This document shows positions 1-17,761 of a DNA stretch of 64,000 nucleotides, in pieces. Below the pieces are notes generated by a model that saw nothing but the letters and a program-made list of their open reading frames with translations, ran no database searches and had not been told where the DNA came from. Every line of letters starts with the position of its first letter. Position 1 is the stretch's first letter. The position numbers and the translations under genes are program-made. Origin of the DNA: Phaeosaccion multiseriatum (taxonomy: Eukaryota; Protista; Ochrophyta, other classes); the NCBI GenBank assembly GCA_965112735.1, contig OZ218954.1:1736001-1800000 (forward strand), written 5' to 3'.

Positions 1-5507
<5,507 letters not shown>

Positions 5508-6112
5508 GCTGACTACTTGGCTTGGCGAGAGGTGGCTGTGGCCTCTTCCCTTGGTTGCCTGCTTGGCCACTCTCTAACACTTTCGCGCCTGAGGCAAGAA
5601 AGATGTGCCGACTCCGGAGTCGCTCTCTATACCCTAGCTCCTCCTTCTAGCGTATGCGGGGGCGGAAGGGAGCAGCATGGCGAGATCATCCCAAAAATGG
5701 AAAGCCCCCCCCCCACACACCAGGAAACCGTAAAAAAATCGGTCTCCTCGACTTTCATTCTTTTTCTCCCCCCCTGCTTTCTTATTGCTTTCTTTCAACA
5801 AACACATAAATGCGCCTCAGGAGTGAGCCGACAGCACGCCCCTTCTATTATTGTGCGTATCTCGCTCTCTCTTCTTCTTTTTCTCTCTCGCGCTATCTCT
5901 CCCTCTATATCGGTGACTTCTTGTGATAAATCTCTCTCGTCTTTCCCCCTTCCCCCCTTTTTTCTTACCTTCACTCGCTTTTCTCCCTCTCTCGCTCTCC
6001 CTCCTCCCTCCCTCCCTTCCTTCCTTCCTTCTTTCCTTCCTCTCTTCTCTGACCATCAAGACTGTCGAGAACACAGGACTTGCGAACGCGGGGCTGTTGA
6101 CCAGCAGCAGCT

Positions 6113-6577
6113 CAAGTGAAGGCGTACTCGTTGCGGCTTCAGCGCCACTGTCCACAGCTTTCGACGTCGTTGCAATGGACGAGACACTCAAGTAGCAGCA
6201 GCAGCCACAGCAGGGGGGGGAGAAAGAGGAGATAGCGGACCCCACAGAGTACCCTGGGCTTGCGGTCGCGGAAGTAGCCTCGTCCGAAGGATTGGCGGCG
6301 ACACCAGAGCTCTGCAATCAGCAGGTGCGAGTCATCGCTATGCGCAGCACAAGTGAAGACGTACGTATTGGAGCTTCAGCGCCTGTATCAACTACTTTCG
6401 ACAACGTTGCCATGGACGAGACACTCGAGCAGCAGCCGCCGCAGCAGGCGGGGGAGAAAGAGGAGGCAGCGAAGTGCGCCTTCGAACCCTCTGGCCCTGC
6501 AGTCGCTGGAGTAGCCTCGTCCGAAGGATTGGCCGCAACGCCACAAGTCTCCAATCAGCAGGTGCGCGTCATCGCCG
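6113..6577 (+). repeat. ~240-bp diverged tandem duplication of the first exon of the downstream gene
   Basis: GCTTCAGCGCC...ATGGACGAGACACTC...GTAGCCTCGTCCGAAGGATTGGC...AATCAGCAGGTGCG occurs twice; copy 1 has an in-frame TAG where copy 2 has CAG. Confidence 0.85.
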
Positions 6578-7261
6578 CGCTTCTGTGTACGACTTGCATT
6601 GAGAGCCCCGCTAAGTTCCTCGCAGCTTATCTTCCCTCTCTCTCTTTCTCTCTCTCCCTCTCTATCTCCCTCTCTCTCTGTCCGCTTGTCATGGCAGCTC
6701 CTAACCTGCCCAACGATGCCCAGTCAGCTCTTCAGAGACGTCGAGGACCAGGATGGTAGTGTGGCACCACAAGGCGATGGTGCGAGCGATGTCTTTCGTG
6801 ATGGGGAGCTGCTACATTCCAGGCTTGGCCAGAAAGAGGTGACCCGCATCAGCAAAGCAATGCAAGATGCGAGCCATAGCAGCTTGGGACGGGGGGGAGA
6901 GGGAGCAGCAGCAGCAGGAGCTGCTGCAGGAGCAGGAGGAGGAGGAGGAGGAGGAGGAGGAGGAGGAGGAGGAGGAGGAGGAGGAGGAGGAGGAGGAAGA
7001 GGAGGCAGCGATCAGCAGCCGCTACATTCTGCGCTTAACCAGGGAGAGGAGAGCCGAGTTGGCAAAGCGATACAAGGAGATGCGAGCCATAGCAGCTCGA
7101 GAGACGGAGGCGGAGGAGGAGCAGATGGAGGAGGAGGAGGAGGAGGAGGAGGAGGAGGAGGAGGAGGAAGGGAAGGAGGAAGCGGAGGAGGAGGGGGAGG
7201 AGGAGGAGGAGAAGGAGGAGAGGAGAGAGGAGGAGGAGGAGAAGGACGAGAGGAGGGAAGA

Positions 7262-7292
<31 letters not shown>

Positions 7293-8131
7293 GAGGAAGA
7301 AGACGATGCGGTGATCAGCAGCTGCTACACTCCGTGCTTGGCCTGGAAAAGGAGGACCGAATTGGCGAAGCGATGCAAGAAGATGCGAACCATAGCAGCT
7401 TGGGAGTGGGGGCAGAAAGAGGAGCAGGAGGAGAAGCAGCAGCAGCAGGAGGAGGAGGAGAGGGAGGAGGAGAAGGAGAAGCAGCAGCAGGAGGAGGAGG
7501 AGGAGGAAGAGGAGGAGGAGCAGCAGGAGGAGAAGGAGGAGGAGGAGGAGGAGGAGGAGGAGGGGGAGGAGGAGGAGGAGGAGGAGGAGGAGGAGGAGCA
7601 GGAGGCAGCCGTAAGAGAGGCCGTGTCGACGAGGGGGACACCGCCGGCAGCAGCGAAGGGCCGCCCTCGGCTCCGAAAGCCCCTCGGGGGCACATGAATC
7701 GAGGCGACGGGGAGGAGGAAGGCAAGGGGATGGACGACGAGAATGAGGAGCAGGAGCAGAGGGGGGAGGCGGCCAGCTCTCTCCCAAGGTGCATGCTACG
7801 GGAGTGCTCGAAGCATGTGAGCTACAAGGACGATGGACTGTGTGCAGAGCACTTCAAGTCCGTTACGGACAAGATTTCTGTCGTGCCCAGACACCCCGTG
7901 ACGGAGGAGCGTCTGAAACAGATTCATGAGGAAGAGCGGGTGAGGAAGGAGAAAGCTCGGGTAGAGCAGGAGGCAATGGAAAAGAGAAAGGAGGAAGAGA
8001 GGAAGGCGCGTCTGGCGGAGGAGGAGGAGTTTGCGCGACGGGAAGCGTTGGAGCGGCAGGAACAGCAGGAGGAAGAGCAGCGGCAGCTCTATTATATAAT
8101 GACTCAAGAGCGGCGGCTGTGGGAGCAACAT

Positions 8132-8162
<31 letters not shown>

Positions 8163-8371
8163 TAGCGCACCATTGGAACGAGGACGGGGAGTACTGGCAG
8201 CCGCAACAGCAGCACCCGGAACAACAGCAGCACCCCGTTGAGCAGACGCATGCAAGTGGCATGCCCTACCAAGGAGAGCACCACCACCACGAGCAGCAGC
8301 ACCAGCACCAGCCGCACCAGCACCAGCACCAGCACCAGCCATACCAGCACCAGCACCAGCACCAGCACCAG

Positions 8372-8406
<35 letters not shown>

Positions 8407-9331
8407 GCAACATCACCATCAGCAGTACGCGCCACACTCTACCACACCTCTTCCGTCCTCCCCGGCCCCCTACCACGGCGGCGCCGCGCCCTCTCTCCCC
8501 TTGTCGCCCTCATGCTTCGACAAGCACCACCGCTTGCCCCTGAGAGGGGCAGCAGTGGCAGTAGCAGCAGTAGGAGACGAAGGAGTGGCGATAGAGGCAG
8601 ATGAAGCTCCGCAGTCTATTCCCCTGCGATCTCTCTCCGCCCTGCTTCCTTCCACCTACTTTCCAGAGATGATTCGAGCGGGGTACGGCGGTACTGGCAG
8701 GCAAGTGGAGTGTTGCACCCCACCCCCTCAAGACGTTGCTGTTGGAAATGATGTTTCCGAAGAGCAGGAGCAGGAGCGCCAGCAGCAGCGTCTACAAGCA
8801 TACGGGCAGCAAACAAGCGGGGTGCTGGGGTCCGAGTGCGACGTGGAACTGATTGCAGCAGCTCCAGGAGTCCAAAGTGTAACCGTCGCTGCCGAAGTGC
8901 GGGAAGAGTTGCCCACTCGTGTGGAGCAGCCGTTGCATCATGGCGACGACACGCTTCCTGTGATGCGGCAAACAACTTTAGCTTCGGATTCATCACTTGA
9001 CCACCACCAACAACAGCATACGGTCAGGGAGAACAGCAAGGACGAGGCGCAGCCGCAGCAGCAGCAGCAGCAGTCAGACGATGTTATGCAGCGTGAGATG
9101 GAACAAGAGGAGCTGCAGCAGCAGCTGGAGATGCGACAAGGGTTCGAGTTGGCAGCAGCTCCAGTTGAGAGAACTGACGAGGAGGAGGAGGAGGAGGAGG
9201 ATGCGTATGGGAACCCTTTGCCGGGCACAGCAGAAAAGGTCCCTCGGCAGGCCCTTCAGACGCTGCTGGACATCAATGGCTCCAGCAAAGTGCAATGCAC
9301 GCCGCGGGGGGGGGGCGACCAAAGCACTTAG
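6412..9331 (+). CDS. Low-complexity (poly-G/Q/H/E) hypothetical protein with one C-x4-C-x10-C-x2-H Zn-finger-like motif and coiled coil
   Basis: Exon 1 MDETLEQQ...NQQ ends at 6561 (CAG|GTGCGC), acceptor tggcag at 6697, phase 0 join to a ~880-codon open frame; motif CMLRECSKHVSYKDDGLCAEH. Start and 3' end uncertain. Confidence 0.65.
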
Positions 9332-9659
9332 CGGGGGAGTGGAGGGAGGGGGGGGGGTGTACATATCTTGGGGACTTGGGTATAGGAGACATGGGAGAGC
9401 GAAGGGAGCGTACCATAGGGGGAAGGGGCGCAGAGATGCCGCCCTTTCTTGGCGCATTTTTGTTTTGGGGCAACAACACAAGAGAGGCAATTATAATTAT
9501 ACTGAATCCCCTCTTGTATTACTACACGGGTTGGATGGATTTTGGAAAGAAGAATAGAAGGGAGGAGTGGCAAAGCCACTGCATTCTGTTTCATTTCAAT
9601 TTTAAAAATAAAATTCATGCGGAAGGAGGTACTACAGCTGAGCACCGCGCATACTCAGG

Positions 9660-9856
9660 TCATATCGCCTCCTCAAGAGCTGCCTTGGCCCGCTTCTCGC
9701 TCCTCTCTCCTCCGTCAACGACAAGCTCGCCGGGCGCCCTCCTCTTGAGGAAAGGAACACCCGTCTCCGTCGATGTTACTTGCGCTGCTGCTTGCGCTAC
9801 TGTGCTTCTGCTGCTGCTGCTGTTGTTGTTGTTGCTGTTGTTGTTGCTGTTGTTGC

Positions 9857-9929
<73 letters not shown>

Positions 9930-10628
9930 GCTGTTGTTGTTGTTATTCCCAACGCTGCTGTCGCTGCTTTGCTTCTTGCTGCGTCTCTCGCCCTTCGACG
10001 TGGTTGGCCCTCGCAGCTGCTGCTGCTGATCTGTGCTGCGGCTAGATTGTCTTGCACTCTTGCCGTGCTTCGTGCACATGCCCGCCAGACCACTCCGAGC
10101 AAACTTTCCGCACCCCTCTACACTACACTTCTTGAGCTGGGCGCCATGGCTCAAGCACAGCCCCGTCCTCACCACCTGCTTCTTGCAGCCCTCCTTCACG
10201 CACGTCTTCACCACGGCTCCATGCCGGATGCACAGCCCGCCCTGCACGATCTGCTTGGCGCAGCCTTCCGTCTTGCATGTCTTGAGTTGGGCGCCGTGGG
10301 TCACGCAGACGCCTCCCCTCTGCGCGTATCTCTCACAGCCCTCCGTGGTACACTTCTTCTTCATCGCCCCATGCGAGACACACACTCCTGCCTGCACCCT
10401 GTGCTTGTCACAGCCCTCTATAGTGCATCGCTTGCGTGCCATCTTTGCCCCATGACTCACGCACCAAGCCCCGTCAAGCTGGGGGCGCTCACATCCTTCT
10501 GCTGAACAAGTCTTCTCCACCTCCTCCTCCTGCCGCGGCTCCTCTGATCGCTGCTGCTGCCCCTCTGGCTGCTGTTCCTGTTGTTGTTGTTGTTGTTGTT
10601 GTGGTTGTGGTTGTGGTTGTGGTTGTGG

Positions 10629-10689
<61 letters not shown>

Positions 10690-10749
10690 GCTTCTTCTTC
10701 TTGTTGTTGTTGTTGTTGTGCTTCTGCTTCTTCTTCTTCTTGTTGTTGT

Positions 10750-10780
<31 letters not shown>

Positions 10781-10832
10781 CCTGCTGCTCCTGCTCCGAG
10801 AGATGGGCAAGCACCTCGTTAGGCCTCGCCAT
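9660..10832 (-). CDS. WRKY19-like tandem zinc-finger protein (6 C-x4-C-x9/11-C-x2-HG repeats) with poly-Q and poly-N tracts
   Basis: Repeats such as CTIEGCDKHRVQAGVCVSHG and CTTEGCERYAQRGGVCVTHG; intronless ORF, first ATG at 10832. Confidence 0.88.
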
Positions 10833-11080
10833 TTCTCCCTCCCCTATATGGTCAACAACTAAAGCAAGCAGCAAGAGCGACCCACTCTTGAAGAGAGAGT
10901 TAGTCGGGAAGGGTATGAATGGATGATGTGGGGATGGGGAGAGATTAGAAGGTGTCCGGGAGGGGAGATTGGGGGGAGAGAGGAGAGAGGAAAGAGAGGG
11001 GGGGGGGGTGGGAGGGGGGAAGGAAGTTTCCGTTTCAGTTCATTGACACGTTCATTTTTCATTTTTCATTTTCCTTCTCA

Positions 11081-11557
11081 TCGCCCCCGTGCACGACTAC
11101 CGGCCTAGGCTCTAGGCCGCTAGGCCGCTCGGCCTTAAGGCCTAGGCCGGCGGCCTCCGGCCGCTCTAGGCCGCTCACTTTTCAGCCCTAGGCGGCCTAT
11201 AGCCCGCCTCTAGGCAGCCTCCCAGTGACCGTGGGCGCGTGCGTGGTGCCGCCCAGCCAGTGGGTAGCAGCACACCTGTAGGCCTGCACTCCTCGTAGGG
11301 CCAGCGAGGCGGAAAGAGACAACACGAACCAAGTCTAGCTACTCCTCACTTATCCCATGCAATACATTTGCTTAAAACTGACGACACTTGGGCGGGTTCC
11401 AGGCCAGCCCAAGGGCATATGAGCATATTCCCGCCCTGGACCTGCGCCTAGTTGGCGTCTGCCCTAGGCCGCGGGCCTCCGGCCTCCGCCTAGGCGGCGG
11501 CCTAGGCGGGGCAATTTTCCAAAATAGGCCCAGGCCGCTAGGCGTGCACGGGGGCGA
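11081..11557. mobile_element. Non-autonomous DNA transposon (MITE), 477 bp, ~30-bp TIRs, 6-bp TSD TTCTCA
   Basis: Left TCGCCCCCGTGCACGACTACCGGCCTAGGC versus reverse complement of the right end TCGCCCCCGTGCACGCCTAGCGGCCTGGGC (3 mismatches); TTCTCA at 11075-11080 and 11558-11563; many subterminal CTAGGC/GCCTAGGC motifs; no transposase. Confidence 0.88.
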
Positions 11558-11560
11558 TTC

Positions 11561-13553
11561 TCAGCCCCTTCCCCAATCATATATTCCCCCCCCTCTTGGT
11601 ACGGGGTACACGTCAAAGCGAAGGGACTTTCCCTTGAGTGAGTGAGACGGAGGGGGGTGTGGCACGATGGGCGGCCCCTTGATGGGGCGCTTCACCACCA
11701 CCTTCACCGTAGCCACCGACATGGCCTTCTCAAACAGGCGGACCTCTTCCTTGGACGAGCCATCAGAAGCGGCGCTGCTGTTCTTGCTCTTGCTCTTCTT
11801 GCGGCGGCGGCTGCTGCTGCTGCTACTGCTGCTGCTACTGCTCTCATCACTACTCTCCATCTCAGCGCCTACCCCGCCAATAGGGCGACTATTCTCTCCG
11901 CGGCCGCTGGTGATGGTGGCTGCGATGCGCTGCAGCAACTGCATATCCTTCTTGACCAACGCAGACGACTTCTTCTTGGTCGCGAACATCGGATCCAGAT
12001 AGGCCACATGGGGCCTCTCCTGCGGGCCAACCACAGCAGCAAAGACATGGCCCCCACCACTACTGGCACTACTACTACTTTTGCTGCTATTGGCACTGCT
12101 ACTACTCCTGCTCCTGCTGCCGCCTTCATCCTCCCCCAGCTCTGCCTCATCACCAGCTTCATCCATCTCCATCGCCCCGTCATAGTCGTATCCTTCCTCA
12201 TGCGGTGCCAAACACGTGGAGTCGCCCAGGCCGACACTCATTCTCCGCGCGGCCTCCTTGGCTCCCACATTGTCTCCCTCTACCGCCCTTCGGAGGGCGT
12301 CACGCACCAACTGCACGACAATGGGAGACCTCTCCGTCATGGCTACTCGGAAACCGGCCGTGGCGAGGACGAAGGCGTCTCTACCGAGGCCTCCGCACAT
12401 GTCCCAAACCAAGCAATCTGTATGTAACGGGGGAGGGGGGGAGGCAGAGACAAGACAGGGTGGGGCTTCCCCTTCAGCTCTAACATCGCTTTCGAGATTG
12501 TGAATACATACTCGCGCCAAGCCGTGTGCCAAACACCAGCAAGCAGCACTAGCACCGCCTGGAACAAGACAAAATATGGTTCTTACGGGCCTGTCCCACC
12601 CATGCGTGCCCCTCTGTTGCCCTTTCGCTCCGCACCTGAGGGTAAGGCGCCTACCGCGGCACTCTTGGAGGGAGTCACGGCTTGCACAATCATTTCCTTT
12701 TGGCGCTGTGCACGGAGTATACCAACACGACAAGGGGGAGAGAGGAAGAGCGAAGGAGGAGGCAGAGCAGAGGGAGGGTTGGACTTCAAGGTACATGCAA
12801 GCACGCACGCATGAGCCCCCGCAGACACATAAGCAGGCTGTGGAGTGATGGTGCAGTAAGCGGGTTTCGGAAGAGGGGGCAGGGGTAGAGGTACGAGGGA
12901 TTGTCACCAAAACGGGTACACACCTGAACTGCCCGGAACGCATGCTTCCCGCCCAGAAAGTCTACCTTCAACGGAGCCAAGGGGGATCCCATACTAGTAC
13001 CGCTCGCGCTTTCTTGTTGCTCCACCACCAGCGCCCCGTCTGCGTCAAAGTACAAGACGAAGTCCAGGTCAAGCGCCGCCGGGCCGGAGGACGCGATGAC
13101 AGCTGAAGACACGCACGGCACCCCCAGAGCACAGGCGAGCGCTGCCTCACTTCCTTCCACTGCTGATCTCCCTTCCCGGCTTCCTTTGCCCTCGTACTGA
13201 GTCTCATCGTACAGTATTGCGACCTTCGCGACTTTTGGGCGCCACACTTGAGGTGATCTACTGCTGCTTTTTCGCTCCTGTGTCTCCGCAGCAGCGTTGT
13301 CTCCAATCTCCTCAGCACTCAGACGAGTTGATGCGGTAGTGCAAGTCGAAAAAGCTCGCCTGTAGTAGGACCGGCCCCATGCCGGGCCCAATGGTGCCCC
13401 TCCTGCTGAAGAGGGCCGTCCTCGCTTTCTGCTGCTGCTCCTGCCATGACTGGCGTTTGCGTATACGCTCGCCCCCTGCTGCCAGGCAACTACCACGGAG
13501 CTTTTCCTACAAATTCGGAGGGTCTGCAGCATTAGCAGCAGCGGCAAACGCAT
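11561..13553 (-). CDS. rsmJ: RsmJ/YhiQ-like SAM-dependent SSU rRNA methyltransferase, probably organelle-targeted, 3 exons
   Basis: VWDMCGGLGRDAFVLA, ERSPIV, YLDPMF...SALVKKDMQ, KVVVKRP, GKSLRFDVY. Exons ~13553-12924, 12705-12636, 12417-11561. The start could be the upstream ATG near 13620. Confidence 0.85.
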
Positions 13554-13862
13554 CCCCTCTGAGGGGGGGAGGATCCATCCCCGAGCAACCGACATTTGTG
13601 AGGCCCAACCACCGTCCATTTTTTCATTTTTCTCACACGCTGCCCGCTTCCCCCCCCAAAGCAATGCTATACACACTGGCAAAGCAACGGAACTCTAAAA
13701 CTATCTAATTATTTAATTTATAAAGTAACAAGCCTGACAAATCTATGGCGACTGTAAGTAGCTGGGGGAGCTCGACACAAGACGACAAGGCAGGCAATGC
13801 TCCCTCTCTCTGCTCCCCCCTCCCTGCCCCACACGTCCGCCGCTACAAACCCTCTTCCCTCT

Positions 13863-13894
<32 letters not shown>

Positions 13895-13955
13895 TGCTCT
13901 CTCTCTTTCCTTCCCTATGCGCCACTGAGAGTCGCGTGAAGAGCGGATAGCGCTT

Positions 13956-16018
13956 TCAACAGAAGGTTTTCGTCGCCAGCGTGGCCATCCTCTCCCGGAA
14001 GGAGCGGCGCTGCTCTCGCAAGTGGGTACGGAAGGCCCCGTCACGGTCGAATACCTGTACGGGAAGGGAAGGGAAGAGCAGCGGGGCAGATGGTTGGTAA
14101 ACGGCAAGGTCGAGGGCGGCAGAACAGAAAAGAGGAGAGAGAGAGAGAGAGAGAGGGAAAGAATGGCGAAGCGCAGTCAGGCGATGCCCGGCCTATCCAT
14201 GTGTCAGGGGATAAAGGGCCGGTGGGCTGCCCCCCCCCCCCCCCCTTCCCCCGCCGGCCACCCCCCGGGCCAACCGTCCCCCCTCCACACGCACACGTAT
14301 GCACACGCACGCACACACACACGCACCTTGATGAAGCCCTGCTGCATCTCAGACAGCTGGTTCTCCTTAAAGAAGTCGATGCCCCTCTCCACTTTGGAGG
14401 TGAGCTTGTCGGTGAGCTTGTCCTTGAGCATGGCCGTGCGGATGCGCCCCTCCGTGACCTTGCTCACGTTGAGCTCCTTGGCGCTGTAGCCTCGTTCCAA
14501 ATTGCGGCGGACGAAGTTGTCGTAGTCTTGGATGATCACTGCACAGCATAGCATCAGTCAGCCAGATATGGCATCAGCCAGTCAGCCAGTCGGCCCATCA
14601 ATCAATTAATCAATGTGTGATGAGCGCAAGGAGGGGGGGAGGGAAAGTGAGCGGGAGAAGTGAGCCGTCCAATATCCATCAATCCACCTTCGCCAGTTTC
14701 CACCTCCTTCTCCTCCTCCTCCTCCTCCTCCTCCTCCTCCTCCTCCTCCTCCTCCTCCTCCTGCTGCTGCTGCTGCTGCTGCTCGTCGTCCCCCACTCAC
14801 TTGCGATAATGTCGCTGGTGGAGATGCCCTCCGTCCTCTCTGTCTCAGCGAAGCGCCCCTTGCGCTTGAGATGCAGATACACGTCCCCATCCTCGGCGTT
14901 TCCACTCGAGTCCCCATAGGGCAGCGCATCGTGACACACAAAGTCAATCTGATGCCGCTCCATAAACTCATCCGTCACCACCCACGGGGCATCTTCCACG
15001 ACAGCGTCCACCCACTTGCAGTGCTTTAGGGACTCGTAGCGCTGGTCCTCACGCATCACCGTCTGGCCCTTGTACCTGCCGGTGTCGTGTGGTACGGTGT
15101 GGTGTGGTGTAGTGTGTGTACGAGAGTGTATATGTAAGGACCAGGGAGCAGGGGCATCGTATGACAGTCATGTACAGTGTTGGACAAAGAATCAGGAGCA
15201 GCAATTGTGAGTAGGTGTGCAAACAATAATTTCAGTCCACGAGAGCAACCACAGCCCCGTCCCACTCGCCCTGCCCCTCTTGCTCATGCTCCTGGTCTGT
15301 GACAAGCCCGTACTGATGACTAAGCGCTTGCTCTCCAGCACCCTCTCTTTCTCCCAAATCACCTGTGCGTCATTTCATCGCTGCAGCAGCCCACGAGCAG
15401 GTAGCTATTTGGAAAGGTCTTCTTGGCCTGCTCTAGCGCCTTGGCGTGCCCGTAGTGGAACAGGTCAAAGATTCCATCTGCATACAGCCGCATTGGTCGG
15501 CCCGTCTTGGTACCGGGGGCGCCTTCCTCCATCCGAGAGATGTCTGGCTTGTAGCTGGAAGGCTGGTACTTGCAGAGCGTCTCTACTCTGTCCGTGCCTT
15601 CTTGGTGCTCCGGCACGTCGAGTACTTCATTGGGCAGGAGCTCCTCGGCCGGGTCAAAGTTATCGCCGCTGCTCCCACTATCACCCACGTCTTCCCCCCT
15701 CCCCTCCCCTGCCTTTGGTGATGCTGCTCCTGCACCCCGACCCTCTCCCTTACCGCCGGACGTGTTGGCCCTTTTTGCCGGAGGGGGGTGGTCTCCATTC
15801 TGCTGCTCCTCTAGCTCCGGCTCTGTCCCTTCCGCTGCTTTCGCTGCGGCCCTAGCCGCTGCCGCTGTCCCATTGGCCTTCGCTCCCCCTACTCTTGACT
15901 CCTGGGGCGATCCTGCTGCTGGTGCCTCTGTTCCTGATGCCCTTCCTCCTCCATTTGCGGTCTCCTTCTTTCCCTGCGGCTCCCTCCCCCGCTTTCCGCT
16001 GCCGCCATTGTTTGGCAT
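13956..16018 (-). CDS. CCT: CTP:phosphocholine cytidylyltransferase, 4 exons
   Basis: [15 protein letters not shown] (HxGH), [45 protein letters not shown]; last exon VFDRDG...KTFC*. Confidence 0.93.
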
Positions 16019-16149
16019 GGCCCTCCTCGGTTGGCACGATGAGCCAAGCCCCCTACAGATTTGGGATCACACGCCCACGAACGCGGACCTTCGGATGGCA
16101 GTCAACGGGACGATGCCTTTATTCTTTATTCAAAGAGGAGAAGACGATA

Positions 16150-17761
16150 ATGTTGCGCCTTCGGCGATGGACTCCGCCTCCTTCCACGCTTGTCTTCCTC
16201 TCTCTCGGTCTTGTCCTCACGCTCTTCTTGGCGCCAGCAGAGGGAGGGTGGTCTTCTTCTCCTGGGCTTCTGGCACGAGGACAATCCTCGGTGGACCGGG
16301 ATGGAGATGGCAGCAGCATCAGCGGTACCGATGCCTGGACTGCTGCTGCTACCTTTCAATCTTCAACGTCCCGTGCGCGGGGTCGAAAGCGGGCCCTGCA
16401 GCTGAGGGGGGGCAGCACGGCGGAGGAGAAGTACTCTTTCAGCTTGACCGCGTTCAGCCCCAAGGGAAGCCTTCCTCAGCTGGAGTATGCTCTCAACGCA
16501 GTGTCGGTGAGTCCAGAACATAGAAAGAGGGAAGAGAGAGGCAGTGAGGGCGGAGATGAAGGGCGTGCATAGCCTCTTAACATCATTCCCATTCTCTCGC
16601 CCCCCCCCTCTTTCCATCCCCCCCCCCCCCCTCCTTAATGCTCTCTACACCAGAGAGGCACTCTGTCTCTGGCTATCAAGTACAAGGGAGGCGTGGTCCT
16701 GGCTTCCCCCAACAGGGCCCACGGCTCGCCCCTGGTGCGGGAGAGTGGCACCAAGAAGATCACGCACATTTCGGAGAGCATCGCGCTCTGTTACGCAGGT
16801 GAGCGAGCCACAGCGAGCGCTTGCGGTGACTAGCCTTGAATACATCAGTGAATGCCGGTACCCCATCCTTCGTGGTGCTGGACTGGATCAAGCGGAAGAA
16901 GCCCCCCCTCAATGGGTGTACACTGATTTGTTTGCTTGCTGTACGCAAAGATGTGTCGCCAATCGCCGCCTTCACCCGACCCTCCCTCTCCCTTCCTAAC
17001 CCCCCCCCCCACCCCCCCAAACTCCCTCAAAAGGTTTGGCCGCGGATTCGAGGGTATTGGCGGCCAATGCACAGAGCTTTTGCTTGGCTCACGAGGAGAA
17101 GTTCGGGAAGGAAGGAGCGTCTCCCTTCCGAGCGCTGACCGAGGAGCTCGCCTCCACGATGCAGCAGCACACACAGATGGGCGGCGTGAGGCCCTTTGGG
17201 GTCAGCCTTCTCGTCGCTGGCGTGGAGGATGATGGTGATGATGATGAGGAGGAGGATGAGGAGGCGGATGAAGAGGAGGAGGAGGAGGAGGAGGAGGAGG
17301 AGGAGGAGGAGGAGGAGGAGGAGGAGGCCGAGGATGGCACGCTACAAGGGCGAAAGGAAGAGGGGGCACCACCACCGAAGGAGGGGATAAATGCAGCCAC
17401 CGCAGTACGAGGGGCAGCGAGCAGGAGGCAAGGCAAGGGCAAGGCAACAGTGTTTCTGGTACAGCCATCCGGCCACGTCTCCCCGTGGAACGCAGTAGCC
17501 ATAGGGCAGCGCAGCGGAGAGGCGGAACGCTTCCTCGAGAGCAAATGGCGCCCCGGCATGGGACGGGACCAGGCCGTGCAGATGGCAATTGACGTGGTGA
17601 TGGACCTCGCCAAGGAGGAGGGGCATGTGAAGAAGGCGGAGCACATCGACGTGGCGTGTGTCGAGCTTGGACGTATCATTAACCAGCCCCACCTCAGTAG
17701 TGGTGGTGGTGGTGGTGGTGGTGTTGGTGGTGGTGGTGCCGAAGGAGGAGAGGGAGAGTGA
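16150..17761 (+). CDS. 20S proteasome alpha-2-like subunit with N-terminal signal peptide and presequence (putative periplastid paralogue), 3 exons
   Basis: YSFSLTAFSPKGSLPQLEYALNAV, GTLSLAIKYKGGVVLA, MQQHTQMGGVRPFGVSLLVAG, VQPSGHVSPWNAVAIG. Exons 16150-16506, 16654-16798, 17034-17761. Hydrophobic leader LVFLSLGLVLTLFLAPAEG; poly-D/E insertion. Confidence 0.88.

Noticed and set aside
6193-6195. TAG within a Gln run suggesting stop-to-Gln code reassignment
   Set aside because: No in-frame TAG/TAA in any conserved enzyme exon, and TAG terminates purF, VIT1 and the qRRM gene normally.
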